From: Leucoraja erinacea
Taxonomy: Eukaryota
Length of the DNA stretch: 64,000 nucleotides
Assembly (NCBI RefSeq): GCF_028641065.1
Contig: NC_073390.1
Coordinates: forward strand, 39,866,001 to 39,930,000
Direction of reading: 5' to 3'
Numbering within the stretch: the first letter of the stretch is position 1; each line of letters opens with the position of its first letter. The notes under the pieces were generated by a model, which worked only from the letters and a program-made list of their open reading frames with translations, was not told where the DNA came from and searched no databases. Of the stretch, positions 34,001 to 46,000 are shown one piece after another. Both the position numbers and the translations under genes were made by a program.

Positions 34001-37000
34001 TCAATGTGATCATGGCTGATCATCCACAATCAGTACCCCGCTCCTGCCTTCTCCCCATATCCCCTGACTCCGCTATCTTTAAGAGCTCTAAACATTAATG
34101 AATTAAATACCTATATTTAGTATATGAGGGTGAATTATTTAACATTGTGGATGACATATTAATGAGAATATAGACCTGATCTGTTGTCCTGAACAATAAT
34201 AATAGTGACAAAATAAAATCCCATTTAAAACTGACCTTTTCACTTTTTGATGCTCTTGCAAACCACTGGAATTCTCTTGTCACATATAAGGGTCGTTTGG
34301 TATGGTACGGCACTTTACTTGTCACATGTACCGAGGTACAGTGAAATTCATTTTTGTGAACAGTTCAGTACAAGTGTCACTGTACATAAGCACTGAGATG
34401 CATCTTAGATAAGCATCAGAGATACAGTACAAGTGTATAGCACTAGTAAATAAAGTGAAGAATGTCATTCAGATGTAATGTTTCGAAACAATGATTCTTG
34501 GGGATTAATGACAACACTTTGTTTTTAGGAAATTTTATGTACTTCATGGGATATTCAAAATGGTTACTTCTTGGTAGTCGACTTGTCGCAGGTAAGACAA
34601 AGTTACAAGCAGCTTCCATAGGAACTCTTCCATTGTTTATCTTTCTCAATTATTTATTTAATTTACTTTGTGATCCTCGTAAAGTTGCTGAGATTTTGAT
34701 TGTATTGAGCTGTCGTGTAAAAGTTCAATTTAACGGAGACGGGAGTGATTACTTTTTGTTCTCCAATGAGCATTTCTGAACAGGTGTTGAACATTTGATT
34801 CTAGTAAATGATGCTGTACATGGCCCTCGCAGGAAAAGCAATGTGCTTGTTTCTTTGCAGGCATTGGGACGGGTGCTGGCGCGTGTATTTTTGGATATCT
34901 TACTCGGTCTACCTCTACAGGGGAACGGGCTACAGTATTTGCAGTCGTCATGGCTGCGCGGCAGGCTGGCCTGTTGATTGGTAAGTAAATAGAACCTAGA
35001 ACAGCACAAGAATAGGCCCTTCGACCCACAATGTCCGTGCACAGCATGATTTTAGTTTTTTTAGTTTCAGAGATACAATGCGGAAGCAGGCCCTTCGGCC
35101 CACCGAGTCCACACCGACCGACGATCCCAGCACAATAGCACTATCCTACACACGCTAGGGACAATTTACACTTTTACCAAGCCAATTTACCTACAAACAT
35201 GTATGTCTTTGGAGTGTCGGAGGAAACCGAAGATCTCGGAGAAAACCCACGCAGGCACAGGGAGAACGTACAGACAGCACCTGTAGTCAGGATTGAACCC
35301 GGGTCTCTGGCCATCCGTGCCGTGATGCCAAGTTAAATTAATCTCCTCTGTCTATATGTGATCCATATCCCTCCATTCCGCGCATATCCATGTGCCTATC
35401 CAAAAGCCTCTTAAATGCCACTTTTGTGTCTGCTTCTACTGCCACCCCTGACAGCGAGTTCCAGGCACCCATCACCCTCTGTAAAAACAAAAATGCATAC
35501 TTCAATAACTCAGCAGATCAAACGACATCTCTGGAGAAAAGGAATAGGTGACATTTCAGGTCGAAACCCTTCTTCCGTCTCGACCCGAAACATGACCTAT
35601 TCCTTCTCTCCAGATATATTGCCTGTCCCACTGAGCGACTCCAGCTTTTTGTGTCTATCCTCGGTTTAAACTATCATCTGCAGTTCCTTCCCATGCATAC
35701 TTTAATGCCAGATTCAAGTCTCTATTCCAAATATTAGTTTAGAGAGCAACATGTGAGAGTGTTGATACACGATAGACTGCTGCTTACTTCCTCACACATG
35801 CAGTTTACATACACATGAAGGGCAAGAAGGCATCGGTGAAGACACTGCCGTATTGCTTTGCCATGTTAATGAGATGTAGAATGTGTAATGAAGTGTGTGG
35901 GAGGTACCAAACTTGTCCAAAAATAATTTGCGTAGATTTTTAGAATTTAATTTTGCACGGCCAATTCCGCAAGGAAGCTGAGCATAACACAGTGCTGGGG
36001 GAGCTCAGCGGATCAGGCAGCATCTGTGGAGGGAATGGACAGATAATGTTCCGAGTTGGGACTCTTCAGTCTGACAGAGTGTCTATATCCTCCTCAGATG
36101 CTGCTGTTCCTCCAGCACTTGGTGTTCTGCTCAGGATTCCAGCACCTACAGTTCCTTGAACCCCAACAAGGAAAGCAGACTGACATTTTCCAAATGTAAA
36201 CTTGCTTCTACCTCACTGAGGTAACTTTGTAAGCATCCACATATTTAGCAGGGGGGTCAATTAATCCATAACATTTTACAAAATTAAAATATTTTTTTAA
36301 TTTTTACTCATTTTAGGACCAGGTTTTAATTTATTCCTGAGACTTTGCAACTTCAATCTGGGGCCATTTAAAGTCAATAAATACACATCACCTGGGGTAA
36401 GAATTGCTCTTTATTTTTAAAATATATTATTTTGTAAATGTATGTACTATTAAAAGTTAAAATAAGATTTAATTGAGGCATGTACTATAACACCTGGCGC
36501 AGTATGTGGATAGGAATGGTGCAGAGGGATTAGAGCTAAACGTGGGTAAATTTGGAATAGCTTAGATGGAGCTTTCTGGTCAGCACGAATGAGTGGGGCC
36601 GAAGGGCCTGTTTCCATGCTGTATGACTTTAAGTTATGTTAGACAGCAGAGCATAAACAAATGGATGTACTCATGCCTTGTACTGGTTCTTTTTTACTTT
36701 ATTACAAATGTTGTTAACAATTAAAAAGAGAAACTTGGGGAATTCGTGTCAGAGCTTAAAAGCCAGTCTTATTAGCTAAATCACAACCAGTATGCAGACA
36801 AGTAATAATAATAATAATAAATTTTATTTATGGGCGCCTTTCAAAAGTCTCAAGGACACCTTCCAGAATAAAAACAAGACTAAAAAAAACATATAATCGG
36901 AGTAAAATAAATAATAAAGACATCACCAATATACAAATTAAAGACAGAATTCAATCCAAAGACAAAAAAATCAAAAACACAATGTGAAGAGAGAGCAGCA

Positions 37001-40000
37001 TCAGCTAAACCGCGCCAGCGTACACTCTCCCTTCCGACAGCCATCTTGGACACAGAGTAAAATAATTATTTACACACAGTGACACAGCGGGAGAGTCCCG
37101 GGTTCGATCCTGACTACGAGTGCTGCCTCTGCAGATTTGGAGGTTAATTGGCTTCTGTCCCTCGTGTCTAGGATAGAACTAGTGCATGGGTGATCATTGG
37201 TCAGCGCGGACTTCGTGGCCTGAAGGTCCTGTTTCCCTGCTGTATCTCTAAACTAAACTAAACAAGTGGCTGAATGAATGTGAACCTCTAAGATTGCTTC
37301 GGACTTATGATTTGATTATTAAAGGCACTAAGCCAAAAGTGTGTTTGTTCTCGAGAGATCACCTTGTCTGAAGAAGGGTCTCGACACGAAACGTCACCTA
37401 TTCCTTCACTCCATAGATGCTGCCTTTTTTGCTCACCAGCATTTTTGTCTATCTTTCAAATCATTGGTATTTTAAATCCAAACATTGAACCGAGCGATCC
37501 AAGACTATTGAGGCTCGCCTTTTAGGAAAAAAATGGACTTTTGCTTTCATGTAATTCACTGTGTTTTGAAAGATATCTAATTGGCAGATGGGTAGAGTAA
37601 GTCTCAAAGGCTGAAGGTGAAAAGAAACAAAATGGTCTCAGATAAGTAAAGGTACACACAAAAAGCTGGAGTAACCCAGCAGGACAGTCAGCATTTCTGG
37701 AGAGAAGGAATGGATGATGCTTCAGGTCGAGACCCTTCTTCACACTGAAGTCTTCAGAGATGCTGCCTGTCCCGCTGAGTTACTCCAGGGTTTAGTATCT
37801 ACCACCGGTTTAAATCAGCATCTTCAGTTCTTTCCTACTTGGATAAGGAAAGATGAGGAGGAGTGAAATGTAAAGCCAGAGGGAGTGATATGGGTGGAAA
37901 GTTTGGTCTAACTAAGAAACCAAAGTCTGAGGGATGGTCCTGATCCCAAACATCGCCAGTCCATTCCCTCCGCAGATGCTGCCTGACCACTGAGTTCCTC
38001 CAGCACTTTGTGTTTTGCGCAAGATTCCAGTATCCGTAGTCTCTCCTGTCTGAACTCTTTCTCATTTTATTACAGCTGTTCATGTGTTTAATGTGGACTA
38101 TTCTGCAAGTGATCATTATCTTCATGTACTATGACCTTCCGTTGGTTCCCGTGGACAATTGCAAAGTGGTTTCTGTTGAAGAAGAAGAAGAAGAGCCTCT
38201 GATTGGCGGTGTTGGAGACAGCAGCCGGTGCAGCACTGCTATTGAACACGACAAATCTCACGTCCCACCAACAAGTGAAACGGTCGGCGAGAATAGCGCA
38301 GCCGATGAAGATCACTACATTCCCAATGGCCACATCGAAGACAGTAAAACCAATAATAATCCATTTCACAATTTTAGCGCTGCAAAAGGTAGGTATCAGT
38401 AATCGAGATAAACTCTAATGCATTTGTGCCATCCTGTATTCAAAGCAACAACAAACTCAGAGCTAATGGAGGTACAAGATAACACCTTGTGCAAGACACT
38501 AAATGCTGGAGGAACATACGAGCGTGTTGCCACGACTTGAGATATTGGGAACTAGATTCTTGCACTCCTAAATCCATCTCCCCTCAAACACTCCCATCAG
38601 TTTTTATCACCCTTTTGTTTTTAAATTTCAAAATAGACTTTATTTGAGAAATAAATATATACAGTGCATGATCCTTACAAAACTTCATCTGACATTCTCA
38701 GAGGCTCTACATACATACAATACAGTTTCAACAAATCACAAATTTATCCCCCACCCTTGCCACTCATGTGGCCCACTGGCGTGGAATCCCTTCCCTTATT
38801 TTGAGGGGCATCTCCACCACACCCTGCCCCCCATGTCCAGCAGCGGAACAACGCTAGACTGTGGTCCTCCCCCTCCCCCCCATCGAGCCTTGGCGTTGGC
38901 TGCACCGAGCTTCAGTGCGTCCCTCAGCATGTACTCCTGCAGTCCGCAGTGGGCCAGTCGGCAACATTCCCCGACGGCCATCTCTGCTCCGCTGGGTGGT
39001 CAACAACGCTCGGGCAGACCAAAGACCGCCTTTCACCGCGTTGATGACCTTCCAGCAGCACTCGATGTCAGTGTCTGAATGCGTCCCTGGGCTGCTCTAG
39101 TAAAGATGCCATTAAGCTGGAAAGAGTGCAGGGAAGATTTACGCTGCTGTTGCCAGGGCTCGAGGGTCTGGACTATAGGGAGAGGATGAGCAGGCTGGAA
39201 CTTTGTTTGTTGGCATACAGGAGGCTGAGGAGGTGATCTTGTAGGGGTGAATAAAATCATGAAGGGAATAGTTAGGGTGAATGGACAGCCAGTCTTTTAC
39301 CTGGGGTATGGGAATCAAGAGCTAGTGGATATAGGGTTAAGGTGAGAGGGGAGAGATTCAATAGGAACCTGAGGGGTAACTTCTCTGCTTAGTACATGGA
39401 ATGAACTGCCAGAGGAGGTAGCTGAGCCGGGCACTGTAACCGCATTGAAAAGGCACGTGGATGGGTACATGGACGGGAAAGGTTGGGAAGGATCTGGGCC
39501 AAACACGGGCAAATGGGACCAGCTTAGATGGGGCATGTTGGTCAGCATGGACAAGTTGGGCTGAAGGGCCTGTTTCAGTGCTGTGTCGATCTTTGACTCG
39601 ATGAATATAGCGGGTCAGATGCTGAGTTCCTCTAGCACTGTCCTTTAAACCCAATTCTGTTTCCCAGGGTCAGTGTGTGTACTCGTGCACACCCTTGAGA
39701 TTTCTATTTGCATTTTCAAGTTTTTCTTAACTCATTAATTTAAATAGCTATCTGTACTGCTCAGATTTGAAATTTAAATCTGCATCTCTCTTCAGCTAGT
39801 GTTTGCCAATGATTGAAAATATCAGTATTGAAACGTGTGTTCCTGATTTAATGTTTCAAATCTGTGCAGTTTCAAAGATAGTTTTATCTCTTTTGAATTG
39901 TAATGGGGTTGAGAAATATATTGTTCCCAATACTGATGCAACAAGTGTAAATAACATGCAAGCACAAATATTTCACTGTGGGAAGTCTGAAGCTTTTAAA

Positions 40001-43000
40001 CATAATTTATCCCTTTGCATATTCTTCATCAATGACATTATCTTTCAAATCTATTTTAGCACCATTTGTTGCTTTCACTGAACACACTGAAGCTCGGTGC
40101 AGCCAACGGCAAGGCTCGTGTGGGGGAGGACCACAGTCTTGGGTCCTTCCGCTGCCGGACATGGGAGGCAGGGTGTGGTGGAGACGCCCCTCAAAATAAG
40201 CACGCTGACCATCGATCCACCTGTTCAAACTAGTTCTATGTTGTCACACTTTTGCATCCACACAATATGTACCAGCGGTAATTTACAGAGGGCCAATAAA
40301 CCAACAAACCTGCAGGAAAGAACTGCAGATGCTGGTTTAAATCGAAGGTAGACACAAAATGCTGGAGTAACTCAGCGGGACAGACTGAAGATGGGTATCG
40401 ACCCTAAACGTCACCCATTCCTTCTCTCCACTGATGCTGCCTGTCCCGCTGAGTTACTCCAGCATTTTGTATCCACCTTTAACCTGCCATCTTTGGAACG
40501 AGGGAGGAAACCGGAGCACCCGGAGAAAACCCATGCAGCTGCAGGGGGAACATGTAAACTCTGCACAGACATAGAAACATAGAAAATGGGTGCAGGAGTA
40601 GGCCATTCGGCCCTTCGAGCCTGCACCGCCATTCAATATGATCATGGCTGATCATCCAACTCAGCATCCTGTACCTGCCTTCTCTCCATACCCCCTGATC
40701 CCTTTAACCACAAGGGTCACAGACAGCATCCAAAGTCAGGATTGAACCTGAATGAATGAATGAATGAAAGAGTTAAAGTTTTTGTACTTCAAAAAGCCCA
40801 TGACTGCAATCTGCAAAACTGCAAAACTGCACTGTGATTTTATTCTTAGTTCTAGTTTATTAGTGTGATTTTGCAGATCAGTTTTGACAGTCCCAATGTG
40901 CCACCTTGTGGACAAAAGATTTTTCTCCGAGTACCATAGATCTATCCAACTTATATGAATGTATTTGCCTATTATACGTAACAAGTATTAGCAGCAAAAA
41001 CATTTTATTTTAAATTTTCCATGAAAGAAAGTTGGCTGGCATTATGAACTCCACTGGGTTAGGTAATGGTCATTGGCCAAGACTGACCATGGGTGATGCA
41101 TCCTAGTCGGATGCTAGCCTGGGCGATGTCATATGGAGGGCAGGCTGTTGCCCATGCAGCAAGTTCCCCCTCTCCACATTGCTGATCGATCCAAAGAAAC
41201 AGCAGGGCCGTTACAGTTTGGCACCAGCGCCGTCGCAGGAGCTGCCAGAGCGAATTTGTAGATAACGACGAACTGCCTTAGGGGCTCTGTCTCCGGATTT
41301 TCTTTACTCCAGGAGCCTTATCCATGACTGGATACGGCCACAAGGCAGTGGAGGTTTTAAATCGGAGTTTTCCCTCTCCTAGATGGACTGCCTTCCCAGG
41401 CTGACGAGCCCCATCTGACCGAGACTCGTGGGGGCGGGAGCGTCTACCTTCCCGTGCAGGTCTATAGCACCTGCCCACTGCCTTTAATCAAAGGGAATTA
41501 AAAACCCCATTGTGTAGGAGGGAATTTACACTGAAAAAAGACACACAATGCTGGAGTAGCTCAGTGGGCCAGGCAGCATCTCTGGAGAAAAGGAATAGGC
41601 GTTTTGGATGGAGACCCTTCTTCAGATGGGTCAGTAAAAACTCCCAACGATTGGACTGAAGCCATGTCGGAAGGAAGGTGAAGGTTGTGCAAAGTACTAT
41701 TGATACAGACTCATTGTATATCATAACAAGTACTTTAATTGGAATACATACGGAGACCATCGAAATGAGTATTGTAGGCTCTGAGTCATAGGTTGAACTA
41801 ACCAACATGGCTGCCCGCATTTCACCAGGTGGTAGTGTGGAAACCTAACATGGATTATGGATCAGGTCAGCAGCAAAACCAGATGGATCAAATCAGCAAT
41901 ACTGTTTGATCTATAAAGGTTGTAGGAGAAGATCATCGCGCCCCCTGGAGTTCACCTGGACAGTGACCTAGTCCCAGCCCACTCCAGCTCCTTCATCAAT
42001 GAGCCTTCCTTACATCATGCGGTCAGTGGGGACCACCCACAGCGCAGAAAACACTGAGCTAATTCTTAGCTTTCTCAAAATATCTAGTCAGGGTTTTATT
42101 TTTGTCTTTTACTACTCAACCAGTAAGTTGACAGAATCATTACCCATCTGTTGTAGAATAGTCTGAAAAAGAGTTCCGACTCAAAAGTCACCTATCCGTG
42201 TTCTCCAGAGATGTTGCCTGACCCGCTGAGTTACTCCAGCACTATGTCTATCTTGTTGTAGAAAACATCTGATTTTTACATTTCAATAAAACAAGTGTTC
42301 ACAATAAACACAAATCCATTGTATCTTATTGAAACTTCCAGTTTTGTTAAATTCATTATTTAATCAGTCAGTGTTTTTATTTATTTCAGAATATCTACGC
42401 GAGGAAGTGGTTGTTGTATTGACAGCACAATTCATTACTCTCTTCAATCAGACTGCACTAGAGGTATTCAACACTCCACTGTAGTCAAGCACTCAGTCGA
42501 AGTAAGGGTGTGATGGCATTGTGGCTTGGTGCTGGACGTGTAATCCAAGGTGTACCTAATAAACCAAAGTCGGAGAGATGGCCCCGACCTCATGCACCGC
42601 CTGTCCATTCCCTCCACAGAGGCTGCCTGACCCGTTGAGTTCCTCTAGCACTCTGCGGTTTGCTCAAGATTCCAGCATCTGTGGTCTCTTGTGTCTCTCA
42701 TAAACTGAAGTTACAGCTGCTCTTTTCATAATCCTGGACCCAAAACCTGGCATTGTAAATGTGGCCAATGCATTTACTGATTTATAAACTCACCTGACAT
42801 AGACACAAAAAAGCTGGAATAACTCAGCGAGTCCGACAGCATCTGAAGAAGGGTCTCGACCCGAAACGTCACCTATTCCTTTTCTCCAGAGATGCTGCCT
42901 GATCCTCTGAGCCCTAGGCCACCATTGAAGGTGATCCTCAGGGGCCTGTTCTCAGCACAAACTCCACTGTATACAGAACTTGGGTCTCTGGCTGCGCTGC

Positions 43001-46000
43001 TGTGCTGCCCGAGTCCTGGCTTGTCCTAAGCTCACCAGTCTTCTGCTTCATAGACTTTTCCACTCCCGTGGTTAAAGAAGGGTGGTTGCTGATGACTGAA
43101 TAATGTTCCATTCTTGGGGAAGGAGGCGGTAGTTTCTGCTCTGAGTAAGGACTGGATAACGTTTGGATTTGGGTTGACATCCGCCGCAGTAGTGCCAGAC
43201 CTCGTCAGTCTCGAGCCAGAGAAGGCTGAACCACCTCTCTTGACATTCATTTCTACTTGGCAGTAGACCCAAGGAACTGCAGATGCTGGAATTTTGTGTA
43301 GAACAGGGCAGCGCAGCGATAGAGTTGCTGCCTTACAGTGGATACGGCACCCGGGTTCGACCCCGAATATGCGTGCTGTCTTTACGGAGTTTTTACGTTC
43401 TCCCCGTGACCGCGTGGGTTTTCTCCGAGATCTTCAGTTTCCTCCTGCACTAGGTTAATTGGCTAGGTAAAAATGTAAATTGTCCCTAGTGTGTGCAGGA
43501 TAGTGTTAATGTGCGGGGATTGCTGGTTGGCACGGACTTGGTGGGTCGAAGGGCCTGTTTCCGTGCTGTATCTCTAACTAAACTAAACATAAAGTGCTGG
43601 AGGAACTCAGTGGGTCAGGCAGCATCTGTGGAGGGAATGGACAGTCCCTTCAGATCGGATTGTTCTGTAGTTGTTAAATGGACAGCTTCAGATCGTTCTG
43701 TAGTTGTTTGGGGAGTCCAGAACCAGGGGCCACAGTTTAAGAATAAGGGGTAAGCCATTTAGAACGGAGATGAGGAAACACTTTTTCACATAGAGAGTTG
43801 TGAGTCTGTGGAATTCTCTGCCTCAGAGGGCGGTGGAGGCGGGTTCACTGGATACTTTCAAGAGAGAGCTAGATAGGGCTCTTAAATATAGCGTAGTCAG
43901 GGGATATGGGGAGAAGGCCGGAACGGGGTACTAATTGTGGATGATCAGCCATGATCACATTGAATGGCGGTGCTGGCTTGAAGGGCTGAATGGCCTACTC
44001 CTGCACCTATTGTGTATTGTTAAAATCTTTTGAATGCAGCAATTTGATTTTGTTGCTTTTAGAAAATATGTTTAATGCACTATTAAGTTAATAATATTTT
44101 TTTCCACTTTAGACAATGGTTACCCCAATGACCCAGAAATATTTCAACTTTGGAGAACTGGAGAACAGTTTGATGTACTGTATGTGTGGAGTGGAGGTAA
44201 GCTTCAAGATACAGTTCAACATTACCATACATTGTGGATTTGACTTCTAAAAATCAATAGGCATTGAAACACAGACCTGGGATGACCTAATTTTCTGTTT
44301 TGTAGGTAATAATTGGATTTTTTATTGTGAGGTGGCTAAGCACTAAATTTGCAGATCGAGTAATTCTGGCACTGGGGCTTGTCATATGCAACATTTCTTG
44401 TGTTTGGTGTTTAATCTTCTTGGCAAATCCTAAAGGTAACAATTTTATTGTATTTGTGCCTGTTTTATACACCCATCACAGGGTTTTCAAGAATAAATAT
44501 TTCTCCAACTAGCTATCATTTCTGATCTAGAAATAGTTAGTTCCGTGAGGGTGTCATATCCTCTGTGCAAGGTAAACATTGGTGACTGACATTTAGAAAC
44601 TAGTGTAGATATCTGCATCAACAAATCGCTTAGTAAGTTGTATGAAGCTCTTAACATTGAAGTGAATCCATACAAGATGAAAATGGTGCTATATATTGCT
44701 GATCAGGTAGGTCGCAGAGGAACTCTATTGATATTGCATGTTGATAAGTGATAGGAGCAGAATTAGGTCATTTGGCCCATCAAGACTACTCCATCATTCA
44801 ATCATGGCTGATCTATCTTTCCCTCTCGACCCCATGCCCCTGCCTTCCCTCCGTAATCCCTGACACCCGTACTAATCGATTGCACATGCAACCATATCAT
44901 TGAACAATGTCCATATTTGCCTTATTTTGGTTTAAACCAGTACAGTGTACCAGCACAGTTTCAAAAGATTTAATATGTCAGAGGGTCTGGGATATATGTA
45001 TTGGAAGCGTTATGTCTATGCGAAAAGCATTGCTTAAAATCTTTGTGGTGACCACACCTTGGTGTTAGGTCTTAGTATTTGCTGTCCAGAAACAGAGTTT
45101 CTAAAACTTTGTATGTCTGCTGATGTGGATTTCAAGGCACTGGTCTTTCACCTCAATAGCTCCAGAGGCTTGCCTCTGCTGGGCAAGGAGCAAGGAGCAA
45201 GGTCCAAGGTCTCTGTCCACGACAGAGCTTCTTGCTACTTCACTTCCAGAAAATTACCTCTCAACCAATATTTTTACAAAGTGTCACACATCCACAATAT
45301 CTGCTTTTCCCCCAGTATTCAACTACAAGTAGATAGCATTGGAATTTTGTCCAGTCAGCCTTAGATTTATTTTCAATAGGTTGGGTTTTAACCGTGCAAC
45401 TCTATTCTTTAACAGGAGGGTTTTCCATTGTGCTCTGCGAGTTTGTGGTTGGTGTGTTTCTCCAGATCCTGGGCTTGCCCTTTGTCGCCGTATCTCAAGT
45501 ATCTTTATTTTCAAAAGTGACAGCGGAGAAAACACAAGGTCAGTTTGGTTGCGCTTTCTCTTCTTCTCCCACACCCTCAAGTTTCTGTGACCTGTTTGTA
45601 CTGTAGAATTACAGTTCGGATAATAACTATCATTGGTGGGCCTTCAGTCTGAGGAAGGGTCTCGACTTGAAACATCACCTATCCATGTCCTCCTGAGATG
45701 CTGAAGATAGACACTAAATGCTGGAGTAACTCAGCGGGATGGGCAGCATCTCTGGAGAGATGGAATGGGTGACGTTTCGGGTCAAGACCCTTCTTCAGAC
45801 TAGTCAGGGGACAGGGAATCGAGAGATATAGTCGTGATGTCGAGAGATATAAAACAAATGAATGAAAGGTATACAAAAAATACAACGATATGTTTCTACA
45901 GAGATTTTGCCTGACCCCATTCTCCTGCCTTCTCCCCATCACCTCTGAAACCCGTACTAATCAAGAATCTATCTATCTCTGCCTTAAAGATATCCACTGA

